DNA of 64,000 nucleotides from positions 3,200,001 through 3,264,000 of the forward strand of contig CAVXRD010000002.1 of assembly GCA_963764165.1 (NCBI GenBank). The letters run 5' to 3'. Positions 10,259-20,677 of this stretch are shown piece by piece (position 1 is the stretch's first letter; every line of letters begins with the position of its first letter). The position numbers were made by a program, and so were the translations under genes. This DNA comes from an uncultured Verrucomicrobiae bacterium (GTDB lineage Bacteria > Verrucomicrobiota > Verrucomicrobiia > Limisphaerales > Palsa-1400). The notes under the pieces were generated by a model, which was given only the letters and a program-made list of their open reading frames with translations, did not search any database and had not been told where the DNA came from.

Positions 10259-11368
10259 ATGCCCTATCAGAGCGTTAATCCCGCGACTGGCGAATTACTG
10301 CAAACATTCGAAGAACACTCTAATCAACAAATGTTTGAGGCGTTGGCCGCGGCGGACAATGTTTATCGCAATTTCTGGTCCACGGCGACTTACAAGGAGC
10401 GCGCCAAATGCATCGGCAGAGCAGCGGCGCTCATGCTCCAGCAGAAAGACGCACTCTCACGCCTTTCCACAATTGAAATGGGAAAACGGATCGCGGAGAG
10501 CCGGAGCGAGGTGGAGCTGAGCGCGGCCATTTTGAAATACTACGCTGATAATGGGGAGAAGTTTCTTGCGCCTCGCGACTTGAACTCTGTCATGGGGGAT
10601 GTCCTGGCCAACCAGCAGAAGAATGCAGAGATCGACCGTTTGTTTCATGAATTGCTGGCCGCAGCAGTTCCGAATGGTATCCAAGCCGCCTCACTCTGGC
10701 AGAACCGAGTAGAGTATCTCGCCCGCGCCAGTCGATGGAATGACGCCACGGAAGCTGCGATCCAAGTCCTCAGTCTTCGCCCATCTGACCCCGAGAGTTA
10801 CCACACGCTAGCCCCACTCTTTGCGATAACCGGAAACGCTAGTGCTTATGAGGAACTTTGCGAAAAGTTAGCCGCCCGTTTTCCAAGCACGAACGATCCG
10901 GTTGTTGCCGCCAAATTGGCCGAGGATTGTCTGCTGCTTCCGCGACCCGGAGTGGACTTGAAGGTGGCTGGTGGCCTTGCCGACTCGGCTGTCACTGTTC
11001 GCCATAACACGACCTCGAACGCCGTATTCGAGTGTTGCAATGCCTTGACGGAATATCGGCTGGGGCATTGGAACGAGGCCACTCATTGGGCGCGTCGTGC
11101 CCCCACTAATGCCCCGCCTTTCGCACGAGCCAAGGCTTTTGCCGTCCTCAGTCTGGCGCAGTTCGAAATGGGTCAAGTTGAAGCGGCGCGCACGAATCTA
11201 TCGGCATGTGAACAGCTCGTTAAAGCTCAACTGCTGGCGCCCGATGCCCATGATCTGGGTCGAGAGTGGCGTGACTGGGTCATCGTCCATTCACTATTAA
11301 ACGAAGCTCAAGACCTCATTCGTTCGCCGACTGCCATTACAGAAACGCCTCAGCCAACAAACAAATGA
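10259..11368 (+). pseudogene. In-frame chimera: N-terminal ~110 aa of NAD(P)-dependent succinate-semialdehyde dehydrogenase fused to a TPR-like kinase tail
   Basis: MPYQSVNPATGE...TIEMGKRIAESRSEVELSAAILKYYADNGEKFLAP is ALDH. After ~10590 the sequence is helical repeats ending in WRDW, paralogous to 1..152. Confidence 0.75.
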
Positions 11369-11466
11369 GGATTCGATTTGGCCGTCTCTTTTCCCACGTT
11401 GCGGCAATTGGACAAAACGAAATGGCTGAATTAATCTTTTATGGTGATCAGGCCACTTCATCGAAA

Positions 11467-12021
11467 ATGAGCGACGCCACTGCCATTTTGACTGCTTTGG
11501 AGCGCGGCGGGCCAAACGGAGGCGAACAGCTATTTGTTCTCGTTTACGAAGAACTGCGCCGGATGGCCGCCACCAAGATGGCTCGCGAAGCGCCCGGGCA
11601 GACCATACAGCCGACCGAATTAGTGCATGAAGCCTGGTTGCGCTTGATGGGACGCGAAAATCAAAAATTTGCAAATCGCGCGCACTTTTTCTCCGCCGCT
11701 GGCGAAGCCATGCGCCGCATATTGATTGACAGGGCACGCAAGAAACTCACCGTCCGTCACGGCGGTAATTTCGAGAGGATTGACCTGGAGGTGCAGGATT
11801 TTGCCGCGCCCGGCACTGACCAGCAACTGCTGGCCGTGCATGAGGTCCTTGACAGCCTCGCCAAGGATCATCCCGTGGAAGCTGAAGTGGTGAAATTGCG
11901 ATACTTTGCCGGCATGACGAACGAGGAGACGGCGCAGGCTCTCGGCATTTCTCTCACCACCACAAAATGCTATTGGACATTCGCCCGCACGTGGATTCTC
12001 CATGCCCTTGAACATTCCTAG
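11467..12021 (+). CDS. ECF-type sigma factor (TIGR02999-like), paralog of 260..814
   Basis: LVYEELRRMAA..PGQTIQPTELVHEAWLRL..VVKLRYFAGMTNEE. ATG at 11467. Confidence 0.92.
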   Translation: MSDATAILTALERGGPNGGEQLFVLVYEELRRMAATKMAREAPGQTIQPTELVHEAWLRLMGRENQKFANRAHFFSAAGEAMRRILIDRARKKLTVRHGGNFERIDLEVQDFAAPGTDQQLLAVHEVLDSLAKDHPVEAEVVKLRYFAGMTNEETAQALGISLTTTKCYWTFARTWILHALEHS

Positions 12022-12180
12022 TCCCGTCCAGTCCTCCTTCCGATAAAAGAGCGCAACGTGGCGCCGTCACCGATGCCGAGAATCTTCGACGATATCGGTC
12101 ACTTGGCCCACGTTTCGCACGACCGTCGATGACCCGTCCGCGCGAGAAATTCGCCAGCGGAATAAATCTTCAGCAGCAAG

Positions 12181-12209
12181 CGGCCTGTTTGCCTTAAATT
12201 CTCGCTTGT
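12181..12209 (+). promoter_or_regulatory. Candidate ECF-dependent promoter motif, copy 2
   Basis: cggcctgtttgccttaaattctcgcttgt. Shares the ttctcgcttgt core and cgg..c.t.tttgc with 828-857. Confidence 0.45.
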
Positions 12210-12300
12210 ATCTTTGGCGGAAGATACCGCCCGCGAAACAAACTTGCGGCAGCCGCGACTCAATATGCAAACAAACCGAGGAATTGGCCCGGCCCCTTCG

Positions 12301-13122
12301 ATGCTAACCAAGCTGTCTTTTGTTATCTTCGCGCTATGGGCGGTTGCGTCTGTCACTCCAAACGCCAAAGCGCAGGACGGCCAGAATGAAAGCAACACTA
12401 CGGAACTTGCGAAAAAGACACAAAATCCAGTGGCGGATGTCATTAGCGTCCCGGTCGAAAATTACTTCTACTTCAACGCCGGTCCGAATCACGAGACGCT
12501 CTATAATCTCAACGTAAAGCCAGTCATCCCGTTCCACCTAAACGCGGACTGGAACCTGATCACGCGGACGATCATACCTGTCTTCAATGAGCCATCGCTA
12601 TCACGAGGCTCTCGCTCCGCGCTTGGACTGGGAGATGTAAACCCCAGCTTTTATCTCTCACCCGCCAAGTCCAGTGGATTTATTTGGGGTATCGGCCCGA
12701 CCTTTACACTTCCGACGGCGTCGTCCGATGTATTTGGAAGTGGAAAGTTTAGCATGGGGCCATCGGCTGTCGCGCTTGTCAATCGGGGGCCGTGGCTTTT
12801 CGGGGCGCTCGCCTACAACCAGTGGTCGGTCACTGGCTGGGGCAGGCAAAACGTGAACGAAATGCTGATTCAACCGTTCGCAAATTACAATTTCGGCAAA
12901 GGGTGGCATTTGTCGACCGGGCCTCTTATCACGGCGAATTGGGAGGCGGATAGCAGACAGCAATGGACAGTGCCAGTCGGGGCCGGGATCGGCAAACTGG
13001 TTTGGTTGGGCAAACTCCCGGCTGACTTTCTGATCCAGGCCTACTCGAATGTGGAGCGGCCGAAATATGCCCCTGACTGGGAGCTCCGCTGTCAAATTAC
13101 ATTCCTCCTTCCACGATTCTAA
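12301..13122 (+). CDS. Outer-membrane beta-barrel (family often misannotated 'neuromedin U')
   Basis: Signal peptide, LAKKTQNPVADVISVP, KPVIPF, WNLITRTIIP, GLGD, WTVPVG. Start uncertain. Confidence 0.75.
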   Translation: MLTKLSFVIFALWAVASVTPNAKAQDGQNESNTTELAKKTQNPVADVISVPVENYFYFNAGPNHETLYNLNVKPVIPFHLNADWNLITRTIIPVFNEPSLSRGSRSALGLGDVNPSFYLSPAKSSGFIWGIGPTFTLPTASSDVFGSGKFSMGPSAVALVNRGPWLFGALAYNQWSVTGWGRQNVNEMLIQPFANYNFGKGWHLSTGPLITANWEADSRQQWTVPVGAGIGKLVWLGKLPADFLIQAYSNVERPKYAPDWELRCQITFLLPRF

Positions 13123-14120
13123 TGCCTCCGCTGTCGTCGCAAATGAAGTCAAAGCCGGCAAGGCGTTTATCCGCCGTGTCCGTCGCACTGGCTGTGTTGG
13201 TTTTGGCCGCGAATTCTAACGCAAAAGCGGGCGAAACCAACAACGTCGCGGGTGCCAACAGCACTTCCATTCCCCCAGAAAAGCCCACGCCGTTACCGTT
13301 GCATCAGATCGGCGGAAGCGGAGGGGTCTTTGTTACGCTGTCAGCCTACATCGTCAACCCGCCTCGAAACGGCGAATTGGTGGGACGGCCAGCCGTGGGA
13401 TTCTCGTATGCCAATCTTGGCCACGGAGAAAACCTCGAGGCGCCAACGATCAGTGAATCGCCATTCAAACGGCTTGAATTGAGTTACGGGTGGGACCGCT
13501 TTGGTCTGGGCGACCTGCCGCAGGCGCTAAGAAACGCCGGCCTCGCTACTTATCACCAAAACGAGGTGCAACTGCACAATCTCAATACCCGGCTGCAACT
13601 TCTGAAGGAGGACGAGTTCGATCAAAAATGGATTCCCGCGCTGACCTTTGGCGCCCATTACAAATACAACGATGGCATTAGCGAGGTGAACAAAGAAGTC
13701 TTCGGGTTGTTGGCCAGCCACGGCATTAGAAGAAGCCACGGATTGGACTACACGCTTTACGCAACGAAAATGTTCACACAACTGCCGGTGCCTGTCCTGC
13801 TTGACATTGGCGGACGCGCCACTGAAGGCGTGTGGGAAGGATTGGGTGGGTTTACTGACAGTTATAATTTTGTCTTCGAAGGCAACCTCGCGGTGTTTCT
13901 AAGCCACCATCTGGCGCTTGCGGCGGAGTATAAGCAACAGCCGACGGACTATCAGCCGATCGGCAGTCTGGTCCAGAAGGCAGATGATTGGTTCACGGCG
14001 GACACCGTATACATCGTCAACAGCCACATGACGCTCGCGGCAGGATACGCTCACTTCGGCAAGATGTTAAATCACGAGGCCAATGGTGTCTGGGGCATAA
14101 CCGCAAAATGGGAATTTTAG
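13122..14120 (+). CDS. Outer-membrane protein, DUF3034-like
   Basis: Signal peptide, QIGGSGGVF, DYTLYATK, EYKQQP, ADDW, C-terminal WEF. Confidence 0.65.
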   Translation: MPPLSSQMKSKPARRLSAVSVALAVLVLAANSNAKAGETNNVAGANSTSIPPEKPTPLPLHQIGGSGGVFVTLSAYIVNPPRNGELVGRPAVGFSYANLGHGENLEAPTISESPFKRLELSYGWDRFGLGDLPQALRNAGLATYHQNEVQLHNLNTRLQLLKEDEFDQKWIPALTFGAHYKYNDGISEVNKEVFGLLASHGIRRSHGLDYTLYATKMFTQLPVPVLLDIGGRATEGVWEGLGGFTDSYNFVFEGNLAVFLSHHLALAAEYKQQPTDYQPIGSLVQKADDWFTADTVYIVNSHMTLAAGYAHFGKMLNHEANGVWGITAKWEF

Positions 14121-14216
14121 CAAATCTATGCGCCGAAGGAGATAGCACAGCCGATCCAAAAAGAGAACACCGCAGGGCAACTATTGAAAACATAACGATC
14201 CAACAAAAGGACAAAT

Positions 14217-15899
14217 ATGAAAGCCATCAAAAGCGAGAGAAAAGCGGATACTACCATTGTCATCGATTACATCGTTCAGAGACTTGCCGACGAGGGCATT
14301 GAGCATTGCTTCGGCGTGCCGGGTGACTACGCTTTTCCAGTTTGCGATGCCGTCGAGCGCAACCAAAAGATCAAATGGATCGGCTGCTCAAATGAATTGA
14401 ATGCATCGTACGCCGCCGATGGCTACGCACGGGTCCGTGGGGCCGCAATGCTATCGACGACTTATGCCGTGGGAGAGTTGTCGGCGATCAACGGAGTCAT
14501 GGGTGCGAAGGCAGAGCACTCCCTCGTCTATCATGTGGTTGGAGTTCCTTCTTACCAGAACCAGCGTCTGCGCAAGAGCATGCACCACACCTTCGGAGAT
14601 GGGAATTTCGGAAATTTTGTTAATATTTCGGCGCAATCGGCCTGCTGTCACGCCGTGATTAATCCGGACAACTGCATCATCGAGATGGAGCGAGTCATCG
14701 CCGAGGCGCGCCGCAATAATCAGCCCGCCTATATCGTTGTCCCAGGAGACTACGCTCTGGCAGCGGTAACACCATATAAGGTTCAGCCATTGACACTCAA
14801 ATCCAACGAGGCTTCGCTGGGAAAAGCGATCGCCGCGGTAACCGATCGGCTCGCGAAAGCGAAATCCATAGTCGCCATTCCAGCGTTCACGTTGTCGCGG
14901 CTCCGCTTGCAAACAGAGGCCCGGCAGGCAATCGAGGCGCTAGGCTGCGCGTTCGTCACCACCGCGATGGAGAAATGCATCATCGACGAAAGCCACCCGC
15001 AATTTGCCGGGATGTATGCGGGTGCGTTGTCGGCGCAGAATACGCGGCAAATAGTAGAGAATGCCGAGGTGGTTCTTGATCTCGGCGGGGTCAGCCTGAA
15101 CGACGAAACTACCATCGCTTTTTCTGGCCGGATTGATCCTTCGCGATTCGTCTCCATCGGGCTGAATGATGTTCGAGTGGGCGAGCAGGTATTCGGAAAC
15201 GTGCGCCTTGCAGACATGCTGGCGGGGATCGCGAAGCTTAAGCCATGTGGGACTCCTTACCATCGAACCCCGGTGAGTATTTCGCCGCCCATAGGAAACC
15301 CGTCGGACAAAATCACCATGGATGCTCTCTATTCACGTTATGCGGCGTTTATCAAGGCAGGCGATAACTTGGTGTTGGAAAGTGGCAGCTCAAGCATCGG
15401 GCTGGCGCCCGTGACGCTGACAGATGATGTGCAGTTGCATATTCAAATGCTATGGGGATCCATCGGGTGGGCCACTGGGGCCACGTTTGGGATTGCGCTC
15501 GCTGACCTCAGCCGAAGAACGATCCTTATCACTGGCGAAGGTTCCCATCAGCTAACCGCCAACGAGATCGGAAACATGGGTCGCTTCCAAGCCAACCCGA
15601 TTATTTTCGTCCTTAATAACGATGGCTACCTGGTGGAGCGGGCGTTGGAACTAAATCCAGACTGGTCCTACAACGATCTGGCAAAATGGCATTATGCGGA
15701 TTTGCCGCGAGCTCTCGGATGCGATGACTGGTTCACGGCGCGTGTCGAAACACTCGGCGAACTTGACGACGCCATGAAAGCGGCCCGAAAGAGCAAAGCG
15801 GGCGCATATATCGAAATCATCGGCGGACGAATGGATATGCCCGAAGGCCTCGCTTACGCGCATACCCGTCTTAAGGAAATGTACGGAGATACTCCATAA
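14217..15899 (+). CDS. ThDP-dependent alpha-keto acid decarboxylase (pyruvate/indolepyruvate decarboxylase family)
   Basis: FGVPGDY, NELNASYAADGYAR, HHT, LWGSIGW, GEGSHQLT, LNNDGY. Confidence 0.92.
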   Translation: MKAIKSERKADTTIVIDYIVQRLADEGIEHCFGVPGDYAFPVCDAVERNQKIKWIGCSNELNASYAADGYARVRGAAMLSTTYAVGELSAINGVMGAKAEHSLVYHVVGVPSYQNQRLRKSMHHTFGDGNFGNFVNISAQSACCHAVINPDNCIIEMERVIAEARRNNQPAYIVVPGDYALAAVTPYKVQPLTLKSNEASLGKAIAAVTDRLAKAKSIVAIPAFTLSRLRLQTEARQAIEALGCAFVTTAMEKCIIDESHPQFAGMYAGALSAQNTRQIVENAEVVLDLGGVSLNDETTIAFSGRIDPSRFVSIGLNDVRVGEQVFGNVRLADMLAGIAKLKPCGTPYHRTPVSISPPIGNPSDKITMDALYSRYAAFIKAGDNLVLESGSSSIGLAPVTLTDDVQLHIQMLWGSIGWATGATFGIALADLSRRTILITGEGSHQLTANEIGNMGRFQANPIIFVLNNDGYLVERALELNPDWSYNDLAKWHYADLPRALGCDDWFTARVETLGELDDAMKAARKSKAGAYIEIIGGRMDMPEGLAYAHTRLKEMYGDTP

Positions 15900-15906
15900 C
15901 AACGCC

Positions 15907-16881
15907 ATGAATAAATTTCGAATTTTCACGGATTTCGCCGCGCCGCCGGATGTTTTGGAGCTGTTTCGAGCTGGTACCAAAGGACACGAATTGGTATTTG
16001 CAGCGACGACCGTCTCTTCCGTTCTGGCCACGGCTGGACGGGATCCTCAGTTTGCGACGGTGGATATCGCATTTGGCCAGCCCGACCCCGAAGCAATTAT
16101 GGAAGCCAAACATCTCAAGTGGATCCACATTAGTTCCTCCGGGATCACCCGCTACGACAACCCGCCATTTCGAGCGCTGATGGCCGGACGCAAAATCGCC
16201 CTTACCAACAGCGCCTCCGTTTATAACGAGGCGTGCGCTCTTCACGTCCTGAGCTTCATTACGGCGCAGGCCAGGCAATTGCCAAGGGGACTCAAGAGCC
16301 ACGCGGTCACAGGCACGGTGGAGTGGCAGGAGCTTCGCGCTTCCTGCGGGACGCTTCGGAGCGAAAACGTCTTGATTTTGGGTTACGGCGCCATCGGCAA
16401 AAGGCTGGCCGAGCTGCTCCGGCCCTTTGATTTGAATATCGTCGCATACCGCCGAAAGCCGCGCGGCGATGAAGGATTGCAAACAATTACCAAACAGCAA
16501 CTGCCCGACGCGCTCGCCGAGGCCCATCACATTGTTAATCTCCTTCCCGACAGCGCGGAAACTCGGCACTTCTTCAATTCTGCGCGATTTGCGATGGTTA
16601 GGCCGGGCGCGATTTTTTACAACATTGGCCGTGGGACAACGGTGGATCAGGATGCCCTGCTTGCCGGCTTGCGCTCTGGGACAATCGGATCCGCCTGGCT
16701 GGATGTGACCGATCCTGAGGTATTGCCGGACGAAAGTCCGTTGAGGAGGCAATCGAATTGTTTTATCACTCCGCACATTGCTGGCGGCCATACCCACGAA
16801 GCCGAAACGCTGGTCGCGCATTTCCTTGGAAATTTTGATCGTTTTGTTCGAGGAGAGCCATTGTTGGACCGCGTCATGTAG
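15907..16881 (+). CDS. D-2-hydroxyacid dehydrogenase family protein
   Basis: GYGAIG Rossmann fold, NIGRG, LDVTDPE, ITPHIAG. Confidence 0.9.
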   Translation: MNKFRIFTDFAAPPDVLELFRAGTKGHELVFAATTVSSVLATAGRDPQFATVDIAFGQPDPEAIMEAKHLKWIHISSSGITRYDNPPFRALMAGRKIALTNSASVYNEACALHVLSFITAQARQLPRGLKSHAVTGTVEWQELRASCGTLRSENVLILGYGAIGKRLAELLRPFDLNIVAYRRKPRGDEGLQTITKQQLPDALAEAHHIVNLLPDSAETRHFFNSARFAMVRPGAIFYNIGRGTTVDQDALLAGLRSGTIGSAWLDVTDPEVLPDESPLRRQSNCFITPHIAGGHTHEAETLVAHFLGNFDRFVRGEPLLDRVM

Positions 16882-16940
16882 CAAGTCCATGCGCGGTTTT
16901 CAGCGAATGCTTCCTCATTCCTGCGCCGCCAGCCACCACG

Positions 16941-17537
16941 TTAATTGGCTTTGGCAAAATCCGCTCTTAAGCTCTCCAGAATTTCGCGCAGATCGGTTTC
17001 CCAGGCGACCATAAGTTCTGTCGGAGTTTTCCGCGCCAATGCTGATTCGTGCGAATACGTTTTATTGACTAAGACACGTCCGGCAAATCCGCCATCGGCT
17101 TGGTAAACGACAAAATGAATTTCCATGACTCCGCCAGGATGCGAGGGTTGCCGAAAGTCTCCGCAGAGTTCAGTGACGGTGGCTTCCACCAACACATTGG
17201 GGATCAGTGCGCTGCCGGGTTCCGCCAGGTTCCCGAAGGCGCGGCTGTTGCGCATCCAGCTCCGCATGGCTTCTGCCACGGCCCTTTCAGGCGAGATCAG
17301 AAAGCCCGCATAGGGATCATGCTCGTAAGCATTCTCGCCGACCTCGTAGGTGAACGACTGGCTTTGAAAGAGCGGTGAAATCGAAACGCGCTTCAAGGCA
17401 ATCACGTTTGTGGTCGCCCCATTGGCGGGCGGGGCAGCGGGCACGGAAAAGGCAAAAGTTTGTCGCTTCCACACTGGATTGGCGCCGCACCCGCAGAAAA
17501 ACGCGGCGGCAAGCATATAGGACAAGGCGATTCTCAT
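16941..17537 (-). CDS. ABC-transport auxiliary lipoprotein (PqiC-like)
   Basis: Lipobox FFCGC. Last gene of the MlaE/MlaF/MlaD operon. Confidence 0.75.
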   Translation of the reverse strand: MRIALSYMLAAAFFCGCGANPVWKRQTFAFSVPAAPPANGATTNVIALKRVSISPLFQSQSFTYEVGENAYEHDPYAGFLISPERAVAEAMRSWMRNSRAFGNLAEPGSALIPNVLVEATVTELCGDFRQPSHPGGVMEIHFVVYQADGGFAGRVLVNKTYSHESALARKTPTELMVAWETDLREILESLRADFAKAN

Positions 17538-18526
17538 TTTTTTGGCGGCGTTTCCATCTGAGTGGCCGGTTTGGGCGGTTTGCTGAACAGAACGGAGGAA
17601 GGTTGCTGTTGCAGTTTTTGGAGCAGGACAATTAATTCGTCCGTGGCCGCGCGCACGTTGGCGAGCGATTCGCTCAACTCCCGCGCGTCGACATTTGCCA
17701 GCGTGCGGCGTAAATCAACTGCGGCGACCGAAATCTTGGCTTCCAAATCTGCCGTGTCGCGGCTGAGGCCGGGTAAATCGGCGCCGTGAATGGCGTCCTG
17801 CGCGGTGGAAAGGGTTTGTCGTGCTCTGTCAAGAGTTCGTTGCAGGCCGCGGTTGGTTTCCCTAAATTCGACGACCAATGAATTGGCGTTGGTGCCAATC
17901 TGTTGGAAGTCCACCTTGTCCACGTCCTTCGCAAGATGATTAGCTGTGTCAATAAGAACACCAGCCCGCGCCAGCAAATTCGTCAGATCAAGGTCTTCCG
18001 CATTCCGCAGGCTTTTTTCCAGTGAGGTCATGAGCCGGTTGAATTGACTCGGGGCGGAAGGGATGAAGTAATGGAGCGGCTTCCATCGAGCAGGCTCTGC
18101 GGGATACATCCGAGGGTCGACGTATTCAAGCGCCACGATGCCGGCCCCGAGAAATCCCTGGCCCTGGACACGGGCGCGCAGGCCATCCGCAATTTCGGCA
18201 TCGAGCGTTTTTTGCACGTCGCCAGGTTCCTCGCTCCAGACGGTGTTTTTGGGAATCTCAAACTGGATGACGACATACTTGTTGTTAAATCCCGGGTAGT
18301 CCTTGCCAGCAAAGTGGATTGAGGAAACCTTGCCGATGGGCACCCCGCGGAGCATGACCAGCGCGCCTACGGAAAGATTCTCCACTTTGCCCGTGACGCA
18401 CGTTTCATAGACATCTTTTTGGCCAAAATAACTTCGCAACCCCATCGCGAAAAGCGCTCCGATTAGCAACAGCGCGCCAACCACGACAAACAGCCCGATT
18501 CGAAAATGGTGTGTCCGAGTGCTCAT
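17534..18526 (-). CDS. mlaD: MCE/MlaD family protein
   Basis: FRIGLFVVVG transmembrane helix, LSVGALVMLRGVPIGKV, helical tail ending PSSVLF. Confidence 0.88.
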   Translation of the reverse strand: MSTRTHHFRIGLFVVVGALLLIGALFAMGLRSYFGQKDVYETCVTGKVENLSVGALVMLRGVPIGKVSSIHFAGKDYPGFNNKYVVIQFEIPKNTVWSEEPGDVQKTLDAEIADGLRARVQGQGFLGAGIVALEYVDPRMYPAEPARWKPLHYFIPSAPSQFNRLMTSLEKSLRNAEDLDLTNLLARAGVLIDTANHLAKDVDKVDFQQIGTNANSLVVEFRETNRGLQRTLDRARQTLSTAQDAIHGADLPGLSRDTADLEAKISVAAVDLRRTLANVDARELSESLANVRAATDELIVLLQKLQQQPSSVLFSKPPKPATQMETPPKK

Positions 18527-19281
18527 GAAACCTCCCGATTTAAAAACTGCCGCACCCACGGAAGAGGCGCGTGCTCTCGGAGCCAGGCCGGCTGGCCTTC
18601 GGCAACGATGCTTCGTTCCTTGGGATCCAGCACCACCACGCGGTCTGCCACCGAAAAAATGCTGGCCAATTCGTGTGTAACCATGACGAAGGTAATTCCC
18701 AAGCCGCTCGCCAGTTCGCGAATGAGCGCATCAAGCCCCGCCGAAGTAATGGGATCAAGTCCCGCGGATGGTTCGTCCAGAAAAAGCACACATGGATCAA
18801 GCACAATGGCTCTCGCGATGCCGGCGCGCTTTTGCATCCCGCCGCTCAAGTCGGCAGGCAGGCGGGTGGCAGCCGCTTCCAATCCCACCAGCCGCAGTTT
18901 GGAAAGCGCGATCAAGTCCTTGGCCATGGCTGGCAAATTCGTGAATTCATCGAGCGGCAATCGAACATTCTCGAATGTCGTCAACGAACCGAACAACGCC
19001 GCGCCTTGATAGAGAACTCCGAACTTCCGCAGTATGGCCATTCGCTCGTCGCCTTCCGCTTGGACAAGATTATCGCCTGAGATTAGGACGTCGCCCGAAA
19101 CGGGCGGGTAGAGTCCGATGAGATGTTTTAGCAGCGTGCTCTTGCCGGAGCCGGAGGCGCCAAGGATGGCGAACACTTCGCCGCGATGCACCTTGAAGTT
19201 GATCTTCTCCAAGACCACACGCTCGCCGTAACCAATCGTCAGGTCACGTGCCTCAATCAGGACTTTGCGTTCGTCACTCAT
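18523..19281 (-). CDS. mlaF: MlaF-like ABC ATPase
   Basis: GASGSGKS, LSGGMQKR, FLDEPSAGLDP, VTHE. Confidence 0.92.
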   Translation of the reverse strand: MSDERKVLIEARDLTIGYGERVVLEKINFKVHRGEVFAILGASGSGKSTLLKHLIGLYPPVSGDVLISGDNLVQAEGDERMAILRKFGVLYQGAALFGSLTTFENVRLPLDEFTNLPAMAKDLIALSKLRLVGLEAAATRLPADLSGGMQKRAGIARAIVLDPCVLFLDEPSAGLDPITSAGLDALIRELASGLGITFVMVTHELASIFSVADRVVVLDPKERSIVAEGQPAWLREHAPLPWVRQFLNREVS

Positions 19282-20423
19282 TTTTTCAACACGAACGTCA
19301 CGGCCGCAAATACTGCGTCCGCCAGAATGATCAGCAAAATGCTGCTGACAACGGAGCGTGTGGTGGATTCGCCGACGGCGCGCGGGCCTTCTCCGGTTTG
19401 GAGTCCTCGCAGGCAGCTTACCGAAGCGACGATTCCGCCGAAAATCACGCTCTTGCAAAGTCCTTCGGCCAAATCTCCGATGTGAAGTCCGGCTTGAATT
19501 TGGTAAAAAACCATCCGCAACGGGAAGCCCAGCCCGATTAGAACTGGAATTCCGCCGAGGACGCCCGCATACATGGCGAATACGGTCAGGATCGGTGTCA
19601 ATAAAATGCCGGCCACGACGCGCTGGACGACTAAGAATTGCACCGGCGAAAGCCCCATCGTTTGCAAGGCATTCAGCTCTTCATTAACTTTCATCGTGCC
19701 CAGCTCGGCTGCGAAGGCCGAACCGGAGCGACCGGCGAGCATAATGGCAGCCATAACCGGCCCCAGCTCGCGGGAAATGGTCAGCCCGAGCAACTGGGCG
19801 ACGAACACCTGCGCCCCCAATTTGGCGAGCGGCTGGGCTGATTCAAAAGCGATGACCATGCCGATTAGGAACGTCAACAGGCAAACGATCGGCAAGGCGT
19901 TAACGCCGGCTGTTTCAAAGACGCGCATCACTTCATGCCACCGCATCCGGCGGGGAATGAAGAGACTCTTGGCGATTCCGAGCGAAACCTCCCCGATGAA
20001 TTCCACCTGCTGCCGTAAATCGCCCAACCAGGCTGCCACCGCCGCGCCAATATCTTCCAGTATAAAGCTGCAATGGGGTTCGTGATCCTGGATGGCCTTG
20101 TAATCTGCGTTCGAAAAACTGTGGAACAGGTGGTCGAGTTCCCGGCTCAATCCTGTCAATTCAACTTTCGCGCCTGGCGTCATGGTTCCGGAAGAAAGGC
20201 AATAGAGAAGCGCCAGTCCCGCGCTGTCGCAAGAGGAAAGCTGCCCCGCGTCGATTTTGAGAGTGGTTGCCTTTGCTTCGATCAAGTCGCGACCAAGGCG
20301 CTCCCAGGCGCGAGCGGTGGATGCGGCGTCAAGCTCACCCGCGAAGGTGAGTGTCGCCGTCCCATCCGCCCCGCTGGAAAGCACCCAGCGTAAAGGTGTG
20401 TCAGTTGCTTCGATTTCAGGCAT
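19278..20423 (-). CDS. mlaE: MlaE-family permease with N-terminal STAS domain
   Basis: DSAGLALL (STAS), RELGPVMAAIMLAGRSGSAFAAELGTMKVNEE. Confidence 0.92.
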   Translation of the reverse strand: MPEIEATDTPLRWVLSSGADGTATLTFAGELDAASTARAWERLGRDLIEAKATTLKIDAGQLSSCDSAGLALLYCLSSGTMTPGAKVELTGLSRELDHLFHSFSNADYKAIQDHEPHCSFILEDIGAAVAAWLGDLRQQVEFIGEVSLGIAKSLFIPRRMRWHEVMRVFETAGVNALPIVCLLTFLIGMVIAFESAQPLAKLGAQVFVAQLLGLTISRELGPVMAAIMLAGRSGSAFAAELGTMKVNEELNALQTMGLSPVQFLVVQRVVAGILLTPILTVFAMYAGVLGGIPVLIGLGFPLRMVFYQIQAGLHIGDLAEGLCKSVIFGGIVASVSCLRGLQTGEGPRAVGESTTRSVVSSILLIILADAVFAAVTFVLKK

Positions 20424-20677
20424 TCAAAGTTCGCCCCTATTCTTTTGTGACCGTGCGAAAATCTGAGCTTTCCGATCGCTTCGCCCCAGCATCGCGCGCA
20501 ATGACGGGAAGTCGGGTTGCGTTCATATGTTCTATCAAAACCTAATGGTAACCGCTGGTGGCAACGTCAGCATAACGACCTCGCCTTCATGCCAGTTATT
20601 TTTGCAAACTGCAAGTTGCGATGCGACCCGCTGATTCGGGAAAACTCAAGTCTCGCGATGCTTCGTGATGCCTCCTC

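Noticed and set aside
15871..16890. 339-aa minus-strand ORF
   Set aside because: Antisense to the 2-hydroxyacid dehydrogenase.
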